Shown here piece after piece: positions 1 to 7,180 of a DNA stretch of 7,745 nt. Origin of the DNA: Octopus sinensis (lineage: Eukaryota); contig NW_021828895.1 of assembly GCF_006345805.1 (NCBI RefSeq), positions 1 through 7,745 of the forward strand, read 5' to 3'. The notes below the pieces were generated by a model. It saw only the letters and a list, made by a program, of their open reading frames with translations, searched no databases and had not been told where the DNA came from. The position numbers and the translations under genes are program-made. Each line of letters begins with the position of its first letter. Within the stretch, counting starts at the first letter, position 1.

Positions 1-9
1 TATTATATT

Positions 10-130
10 ATCATCATCATCATCGGTCATCACATCATCATCATCATCATTATCATCATCATCTTCCTCCCCATCAATATTATTATCATTATCTTCGTCA
101 TCGTCGTTGTCGTCTTCATCATCATCATCG
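10..130. repeat. Imperfect (CAT/TCA)n trinucleotide microsatellite
   Basis: Runs of tcatcatca with cgt/tat interruptions. Confidence 0.9.
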
Positions 131-377
131 TTAATAATAAGGAATATAATAATAGTAACAAGAGTAATAATAATATAATAACAAAATTATAACAGCAATA
201 AAGTAACAATAATCATAATAATACTAATTATAATAATGTAGTAGTAGTAGTACAAATAGCACAAAACGATAATAATATTAATACTAATAATATTATAACA
301 ATAATGATGAATGAGATGTTTTAATAATAATAATAATAGTAACCACCCACAACAACAACAATAATAATAATAGCAAC

Positions 378-420
<43 letters not shown>

Positions 421-528
421 TAATAAATAAAAACTAATAATAATGATGATGATAATACAGGTACTGGTCTCTCTATAAAAATAACAATCTGATAATAATA
501 ATAATACGATAATAATGATATAATAATA

Positions 529-588
<60 letters not shown>

Positions 589-655
589 GATAATAATAAT
601 AATAACGATAATGATAATATAATAATAATAATAAATAAATAATAATATTTAATAT
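131..655. repeat. Long imperfect (AAT)n microsatellite with AAC/AGT/GAT variants
   Basis: Pure aataataat runs at ~378-420 and ~529-587 with degenerate flanks. Confidence 0.95.
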
Positions 656-751
656 AAGAATGTGATAAAATGATGATAGAATAATTTTTATTTCCCCATC
701 CTCCTTAAAGAGATATATTCTGTTGTGTTTGTTTCATCTTTGTTGTTTTAG

Positions 752-808
752 AATGTTTCTGGTGAATTACGACAAAGCGATCCAACTCGTAGTCCATTGC
801 CATGATAA
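752..808 (+). CDS. Candidate short terminal coding exon of an unidentified gene (phase 0: NVSGELRQSDPTRSPLP then TGA TAA)
   Basis: T-rich tract tgttgtgtttgtttcatctttgttgttttAG ending at 751 (splice-acceptor-like), followed by the only complex sequence between two microsatellite fields and a double stop at 803-808. Another frame (MFLVNYDKAIQLVVHCHDNNC*) is also open. Protein not recognised. Confidence 0.4.
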
Positions 809-860
809 CAACTGTTAACGATAATCATAAAGATTCACTTATTTACATCAACGCACAACT

Positions 861-910
861 GCCGCCCGCCGCCGCCGCCGCCACCACCACCACCACCAAC
901 CCAACCAACA
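861..910. repeat. (GCC)n-(ACC)n compound microsatellite
   Basis: gccgccgccgccaccaccaccaccaccaac. Confidence 0.85.
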
Positions 911-956
911 GCATCACCCGCAATCACCACCTCGGTCACTTCGTTCGTCGTCGTTG

Positions 957-1087
957 TCATCATCATCATCATCACCATCATCACCATCATAATCAATATC
1001 ATCATCATCATCATCATCATGGTCATCATCACCATCATCGTCATCATCATCATCATCATCGTCATCATCATCATCATCATCACCATC

Positions 1088-1126
<39 letters not shown>

Positions 1127-1153
1127 GTCATCATCATCTTCATCATCACCATC

Positions 1154-1184
<31 letters not shown>

Positions 1185-1219
1185 TCATCTTCATCGTCAT
1201 CGTCACCATCATCACCATC

Positions 1220-1258
<39 letters not shown>

Positions 1259-1288
1259 TTCATCGTCATCGTCACCATCATCACCATC

Positions 1289-1327
<39 letters not shown>

Positions 1328-1392
1328 TTCATCGTCATCGTGACCATCATCATCATCATCATGGTCATCATCATCATCATCATCATCATCAT
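957..1392. repeat. (CAT)n microsatellite, ~435 bp, with a 69-bp higher-order period
   Basis: catcat runs interrupted by cac/cgt/cgc/ctt; the block ctt-cat-cgt-cat-cgt recurs at 1189, 1258 and 1327. Confidence 0.95.
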
Positions 1393-1418
1393 CTTATTCA
1401 TATGTTCTCTTATTCACC

Positions 1419-1912
1419 ATCACCTTCATTGTCACCATCGTCATTGCCATCGTCATCGCGATATCTATCAGCATCGTCATCATCATCATCATCATCATCA
1501 TCACCACCATCATCACCACAGACACCACCATCACCACACCATCACCACTCCATCACCACCAACACCTCCACAATCACCACCACCACCACCGCCACAATCA
1601 CCACTACCACAACCACCACCACCGCCATCACCCCCATCACCATTATCATTATCCCTCTCATCATCACTATCATCCTCAACAGCATCACCACAACCACCAC
1701 AAACACCACGACCACCACAACCACCACAAACACCACGACCACCACACCACCAACAAAATCACCACCTCCACTACAACCACCACCATCTCCACAACAACTA
1801 CCACCACCAATACCACCACCACCACGACCACCACTATCGTCGTCGCCCCCACCAACACCGCCACCATAATCATCATTCATTCTCTTCTCCATTATCACTA
1901 TAAGCACCACCA
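1419..1912. repeat. Degenerate (CAT)n grading into (ACC/ACA)n low-complexity repeat
   Basis: tcatcatca then accaccacc/acaaccacc runs; local duplication accacaaccaccacaaacaccacgacc at ~1687-1740. Confidence 0.9.
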
Positions 1913-1933
1913 ACGTAATACTAATAACACTAA

Positions 1934-2330
1934 TCTTTATATATAAAAGTGAGGTTGTGTGCTGTCTGTCTCCTACGATTTAGATTCCTAACTACTCCCA
2001 CATTTTGCGGTGCAGTTTTAAACCAAAACCGGGTATCCTATAGTCGTGATTCATATCGAGCCCTTCTGGTATTAGCGCGCGTCTACGATGAGTCTACGAT
2101 TTAAAAAAAAAATTACCATCAATTTTTCCCATTTTTAATGCATTTTTGGCATATATAAGGGAAGTAACTCTCTAAAAATTTATTATTAAATCTCAGAACG
2201 TAAAAAGCTACAGTAACACCCCCACTTTGTGGTTAGCCATATTGAGATGGTTATTATACTTTACATCTCTAAAAATGCTTATATAGTTATTTCCCTTACA
2301 AACCCGAGCAACGCCGGGAGATACTGTTAG
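1934..2330 (+). mobile_element. Non-autonomous Helitron-like (rolling-circle) element, ~397 bp
   Basis: Begins a|TCtttatatataaaa. Subterminal GC hairpin cccgagcaacgccggg (2303-2318) lies 12 nt before the end ...actgTTAG|t (CTRR consensus with one change). Sits between host A and T with no TSD. Confidence 0.75.
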
Positions 2331-2638
2331 TAATCTATAAATCCATTAATCTTACACGTATTCCACTCATCGTTTCCAACTGCTTTATTCTCATCATCGG
2401 TATCTATATTGTAATGCATCTGCCATTGGAATATGCTTGGAATATTTCAATTAAAATCTTGATTTGCAACATCGTGAAAATATTTCATCCATGTCATTCA
2501 ACAACCAAGCATTTATGTTCCTCTCTTGAACTCAAGACGGAATTACTTCGGCGACGGTTCTATAATTTTTACCTCTTCAACTTTGCAGTCTAAGTCTACA
2601 TTAGTTTACACCTCTGTACTTCAGTTTCTATGTATAGA

Positions 2639-2801
2639 GGCGTAGGAGTGGCTGTATGGTAAGTAGCTTGCTTACCAACCGCATGGTTCCGGGCTCAGTC
2701 CCACTGCGTGGCACCTTGAGAAAGTGTCTTCTACTATAGCCTCGGGCCGACCAAAGCCTTGTGAGTGGATTTGGTAGAAACTGAAAGAAGCCAGTCGCAT
2801 A

Positions 2802-2873
<72 letters not shown>

Positions 2874-3094
2874 ATATGTTTGTGTGTCTCTGTTTGTCAT
2901 CCCCAACATCGCTTGAAAACCGATGCTGGTGTGTTTACGTCCCCGTAACTTGGTGGTTCGGCAAAAGAGATCGATAGAATAAGTACTAGGCTTACAAAGA
3001 ATAAGTCCTGGGATCGATGTGCTCGAGTAAAGGTGGTGCTCCAGCATGGCCACAGTCAAATGACTGAAACAAGTAAAAGAGTAAAAAGAGTATA
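2639..3094 (+). mobile_element. tRNA-derived CORE-like SINE, family A, copy 1 (resembles octopus OR-type SINEs)
   Basis: A box tggctgtatgg (2649-2659), B-box-like gggctcagtccc (2691-2702), CORE-like gcaccttg(a)g(a)aagtgtctt, internal (CT)n(TA)n(TG)n, tail (gtaaaaga)n. Several homologous copies in the window. Confidence 0.9.
2799..2890. repeat. (CT)n(TA)n(TG)n compound microsatellite inside SINE A copy 1
   Basis: Directly visible dinucleotide runs. Confidence 0.95.
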
Positions 3095-3256
3095 AGCGAA
3101 GGAGTGGCTGTGTGGTAAGTAGCTTGCTTACGAACCGTATGGTTCCGGGTTCAGTCTCACTGTGTAGCACCTTGGGCAAGTGTCTTCTACTATAGCCTCG
3201 GGCCGACCAAAGCCTTGTGAGTGAATTTGGTAGACGAAAACTAAAAAAACCCGTCG

Positions 3257-3289
<33 letters not shown>

Positions 3290-3325
3290 AATATATAAAT
3301 ATATATATGTATATATATATATATT

Positions 3326-3408
<83 letters not shown>

Positions 3409-3594
3409 ATGTGTTTATATGTTTGTGTGCCTGTGCTTGTCCCCGTTACTTAGCGGTTGGGCAAAAGACAACCGATGGAATAAATACTAGTCTTACAAGA
3501 ATACGTCCTAGGGTCGACTTACTCGACTAAAGGCGGTGCACCAGCATGGCCACAGTCAAATGACTGAAACAAGTAAAAGAGCAAAAAGAGTATA
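3095..3594 (+). mobile_element. SINE family A, copy 2, directly head-to-tail after copy 1
   Basis: ggagtggctgtgtggtaagtagcttgc head, gggttcagtctc B box, ccttgggcaagtgtctt CORE-like block, same 3' end tgactgaaacaagtaaaagag. Confidence 0.9.
3257..3420. repeat. (TA)n microsatellite inside SINE A copy 2
   Basis: Long tatata runs with few interruptions. Confidence 0.95.
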
Positions 3595-3785
3595 GGAATA
3601 GTATACATTTAAATGGCGATGATTCTCACGGGAAGTTTTAATATCTGAATGCATATACCCTATCATAACACCTAATATACCCTAGGATGTGTTATTAGAA
3701 GGAAAATAGTCATTTGCAGATTTATCAAGATTTGTTTAGTACTTTGAATTTTAAATTGAAGAGTTACGAAGAAGACGCACAGAAT

Positions 3786-4202
3786 ATCATTATCATCATC
3801 ATCATCATTATCGTTTAACGTCCGTTTTCCGCGCTAGCACGGGTTGGACGGTTCGACCGGGGTCTGGGAAGCCAGAGGCTGCACCAGGCTCCAGTCTTAT
3901 CTGGCAGAGTTTTCTACAGCTGGATGCCCTCCTAACGCCAACCACTCCGCGAGTGTAGTGGGTGCTTTTTACGTGCCACCTGCACAGGTGCCAGGGGGGG
4001 GTCCGGCATCGGCCACGATCGGTTGGAGCTTTTAACGTGTCAGCGGCACGGAAGCCAGCCAAGGCGGCGCTAGCATCGGCCACGTTCGGATGGTGCTTTT
4101 TTATGTGCCACTGGCACTGGAGCCAGTCGAGGCAGCGCTGGCATCTGCCACATTCGAAGTTAAGTTGCATCGGCCGGGAACTTAACTTCGAACGTGGCCG
4201 AT
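3786..4202 (-). mobile_element. 3' portion of a non-autonomous retroelement with RTE-like end and (GAT)n tail; three internal ~65-bp repeats
   Basis: Minus strand ends ...ccaacccgtgctagcgcggaaaacggacgttaaacgataatgatgatgat and contains ggttggcgttaggagggcatccagctgtagaaa, a motif I associate with RTE-related elements (from memory). GC-rich against AT-rich flanks. Repeats ggtgcttttt..gtgcca..gcatcggccacg start at 3961, 4025 and 4092. Confidence 0.7.
4143..4202. repeat. Inverted repeat, 24-bp arms (2 mismatches), 12-nt loop
   Basis: atctgccacattcgaagttaagtt (4143-4166) / aacttaacttcgaacgtggccgat (4179-4202). Confidence 0.9.
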
Positions 4203-4515
4203 TCTAGTGATTACAAAGGTCTTACATACATTCGTCAGGCATGTATAGTACCATTTCCTCCTTATTTGAAGTCGTCAGCATGACATTAACTGAGGCAAAT
4301 AGCTTATACTAAACTTTACTAAGCGAGAATTATTTATTTAAGGAGTATAAATAAGTTATTATTGGTAATTAATTTCGCTCGCTTGACTCAAGAAACACGA
4401 CTAATTAATAAGTAACAATATCTGTGTGGAACTATCAAATCTTGTCAGTTTAAAAGAAGAGTACGCATTAACAATGACAACTCAAAGATGACGTGCTGAC
4501 TGTATGATATAACAT

Positions 4516-4851
4516 CACCGTGAGCGACCAGGCTATCGGATTTTGCTACACATCGCTGGTCACAATGCGCTTCGCATTGTTTCAGCCTTCAAATGACGCT
4601 ACCACCAAAGCCCACGGCACCCACACCAATACCCCGCTGCTGCTAAGGAGAAGGCAGGCCAACAGAAGAAAGAGAAGAGAGAAGTTGTGGCGAAAGAGTA
4701 CAGCAGGGATCGCCACCCACCCCATGCCAGAGCCTCGTGGAGCTTTAGGCGTTTTCGCTCAATAAACATTCACAACGCCCGGTCTGAGTATTGAAACCGC
4801 GATCCTACAACCGCGAGTCCGCTGCCCTAACCACTGGGCCATTGCGCCTCC
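4516..4851 (-). mobile_element. tRNA-derived SINE, family B (tRNA-Arg-like head), full length with 12-bp TSD
   Basis: Minus strand head ggaggcgcaaTGGCCCAGTGGttagggcagcggactcgcggttgtaggatcgcGGTTTCAATACTC. Direct repeats atgatataacat at 4504-4515 and 4852-4863. Confidence 0.88.
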
Positions 4852-4940
4852 ATGATATAACATAAATAGATATAATATGGGGAAGGTTAGAAAGAGTTAA
4901 TCAGACAATTTGAAATCTTTGTTTAACGCAAACTTGAATA

Positions 4941-5323
4941 TACTCTTTTACTCTTTTACTTGTTTCAGTCATTTGACTGCGGCCATGCTGGAGCACCGCC
5001 TTTAATCGAGCAACTCGACCCCGGGACTTATTCTTTGTAAGCCCAATACTTATTATACCGCTAAGGTACGGGGACATAACACACCAGCATCGGTTGTCAA
5101 GCAATGTAGGGGGACAACACACTCACACACACACCACACGCATATATATATACATATATACGACGGGCTTCTTTCAGTTTCCGTCTACCAAATCCACTCA
5201 CAAGGCTTTGGTCGGCCCGAGGCTATAGTAGAAGACACTTGCCCAAGGTGCCACGCAGTGGGACTGAACCCAGAACCATGTGGCTGGTAAACAAGCTACT
5301 TACCACACAGCCACTCCTGCGCC
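4941..5323 (-). mobile_element. SINE family A, copy 3 (inverted orientation)
   Basis: Reverse complement of ggcgcaggagtggctgtgtggtaagtagc...tgactgaaacaagtaaaagagtaaaagagta, with a short internal (TA)/(TG) tract at ~5117-5160. Confidence 0.92.
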
Positions 5324-5489
5324 TATAGTAGACTTTTATATATGAAACTGAATCTAAACGTAAATAAATAACGACTACAAAATGTCAAACTTAAAATAAT
5401 ACACCTTGAAAGGCCTACAGATGTGTAGATCATTAGAAATAAGATTTGCAGGCGTATTTCATATATATAACAACGCTTTCTTATATATA

Positions 5490-5695
5490 ACCTCATCCCT
5501 ACGGCTTGATGTCCGGTGTTAGTTTGATAAAGTCCTTGTAACGTAGCGCTTAGGTTGACTAAGTCCTTGTAATGTAGCGAATCGGCAAATTAAGCCGATA
5601 GACTTTATAAAGGCGTAAGAACTGGTGTCGATTTGTTCGAGTGAAACCTTCGAGGCGGTGCCCGAGTATGGCAGTTGTGAAACGATCTGAACCAT
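5490..5695 (+). mobile_element. Highly degenerate 3' half of a family-A-related SINE
   Basis: gtccttgtaatgtagcgaatcggcaaattaagccgataga ~ gtccccgtaacttagcggttcggcaaaagagaccgataga; gtcgatttgttcga..aggcggtgcccgagtatggc ~ gtcgacttactcgactaaaggcggtgctccagcatggc. Confidence 0.6.
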
Positions 5696-5843
5696 GCTAC
5701 AAGACCCGTGTTTCTCTTCTGCCAAAACGTCATTGAACAAAAGCAAATTTATCCCTTCCAAACAAAAAGTGTAATTTTATGTAATGCAGAAGAAATTTGT
5801 AACTTTTCGGACATCGTCTATTCACCTAGGAATCACATAAAAT

Positions 5844-7180
5844 ACTTGTTTCTTTATTGCCCACAAGGGGCTAAACATAGAGGGGACAAACAAGGACAGA
5901 CATAGGTATTAAGTCGATTACATCGACCCCAGTGCGTAACTGGTACTTAATTTATCGACCCCGAAAGGATGAAAGGCAAAGTCGACCTCGACGGAATTTG
6001 AACTCAGAACGCAACGACAGACGCAATACCTATTTCTTTATTACCCACAAGGGGCTAAACACAGAGGGGACAAACAAGGACAGACATAGGTATTAAGTCG
6101 ATTACATCGACCCCAGTGCGTAACTGGTACTTAATTTATCGACTCGAAAGGATGAAAGGCAAAGTCGACCTCGACGGAATTTGAACTCAGAACGCAACGA
6201 CAGACGCAATACCTATTTCTTTATTACCCACAAGAGGCTAAACACAGAGGGGACAAACAAGGACAGACATAGGTATTAAGTCGATTACATCGACCCCAGT
6301 GCGTAACTGGTACTTAATTTATCGACCCCGAAAGGATGAAAGGCAAAGTCGACCTCGGCGGAATTTGAACTCAGAACGCAATGACAGACGCAATACCTAT
6401 TTCTTTATTACCCACAAGGGGCTAAACACAGAGGGGACAAACAAGGACAGACATAGGTATTAAGTCGATTACATCGACCCCAGTGCGTAACTGGTACTTA
6501 ATTTATCGACCCCGAAAGGATGAAAGGCAAAGTCGACCTCGACGGAATTTGAACTCAGAACGCAACGACAGACGCAATACCTATTTCTTTATTACCCACA
6601 AGGGGCTAAACACAGAGGGGACAAACAAGGACAGACAAACGGATTAAGTCGATTACATCGACCCCAGTGCGTAACTGGTACTTAATTTATCGACCCCGAA
6701 AGGATGAAAGGCAAAGTCGACCTCGCGGAATTTGAACTCAGAACGCAATGACAGACGCAATACCTATTTCTTTATTACCCACAAGGGGCTAAACACAGAT
6801 GGGACAAACAGGACAACATAGGTATTAAGTCTATTACATCGACCCCAGTGCGTAACTTGGTACTTATTTATCGACCCCGAAAGGATGAAAGGCAAAGTCG
6901 ACCTCGACGGAATTTGAACTCAGAACGCAACGACAGACGCAATACCTATTTCTTTATTACCCACAAGGGGCTAAACACAGAGGGGACAAACAAGGACAGA
7001 CAAACGGATTAAGTCGATTACATCGACCCCAGTGCGTAACTGGTACTTAATTTATCGACCCCGAAAGGATGAAAGGCAAAGTCGACCTCGGCGGAATTTG
7101 AACTCAGAACGCAATGACAGACGCAATACCGCTAAGCATTTCGCCCGACGTGCTAACCACTCTGCCAGCTCGCTGCCTTT
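5844..7180 (-). mobile_element. Multimeric tRNA-derived SINE, family C: one full head plus 7 tandem ~184-bp bodies, 13-bp TSD
   Basis: Head on minus strand ggcagcgagcTGGCAGAGTGGttagc (A box 7157-7167). B box gagttcaaattcc in every unit. TSD aatcacataaaat at 5831-5843 and 7181-7193. Central gactttgcctttcatcctttcggggtcgataaattaagtacc resembles a conserved SINE central domain (Meta-domain-like, from memory). Confidence 0.9.
5849..7130. repeat. Tandem array, 7 units of 182-184 bp
   Basis: tttctttatt starts at 5849, 6033, 6216, 6400, 6584, 6767 and 6949; units nearly identical. Confidence 0.98.

Noticed and set aside
802-1913. Long ORFs (355 aa His/Thr/Pro-rich, 294 aa Ile-rich, 188 aa Met-rich, 123 aa and 63 aa Val/Gly-rich)
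   Set aside because: They are overlapping translations of stop-free (CAT)n/(ACC)n microsatellites in several frames and on both strands, with no domain-like content. A His-rich protein cannot be fully excluded without expression data.
4780-4851. Functional tRNA genes in the SINE heads (also 2639-2705 and 7085-7177)
   Set aside because: A and B boxes are present, but acceptor and anticodon stems do not form a canonical cloverleaf and the heads continue into SINE bodies.
2765-5122. Short ORFs of 63-120 aa (2765, 2832, 3324, 3808, 3844, 3962, 4520, 4901)
   Set aside because: All lie within SINEs, dinucleotide tracts or the RTE-tailed element. Several use non-ATG starts and none has RT, endonuclease or other motifs.
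2639-5323. Large inverted repeat (2639-3594 vs 4941-5323) as TIRs of a composite transposon
   Set aside because: Explained by independent SINE copies in opposite orientation, with no shared TSD. They could still form dsRNA if co-transcribed.
5519-5905. ORFs 5519-5761 (-) and 5708-5905 (+)
   Set aside because: Short, overlap SINE remnants, no recognisable protein.
5849-7130. CRISPR array
   Set aside because: Whole 184-bp units repeat with no unique spacers, there are no cas genes, and the context is eukaryotic.
5849-7130. Hammerhead retrozyme or HDV-like ribozyme in the tandem unit
   Set aside because: Unit size fits non-LTR retrozymes, but I find no CUGANGA...GAAA core on either strand, and the GGUAUU/AAUACC helix lacks the HDV P1.1/P3 arrangement. 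An unknown ribozyme is not excluded.
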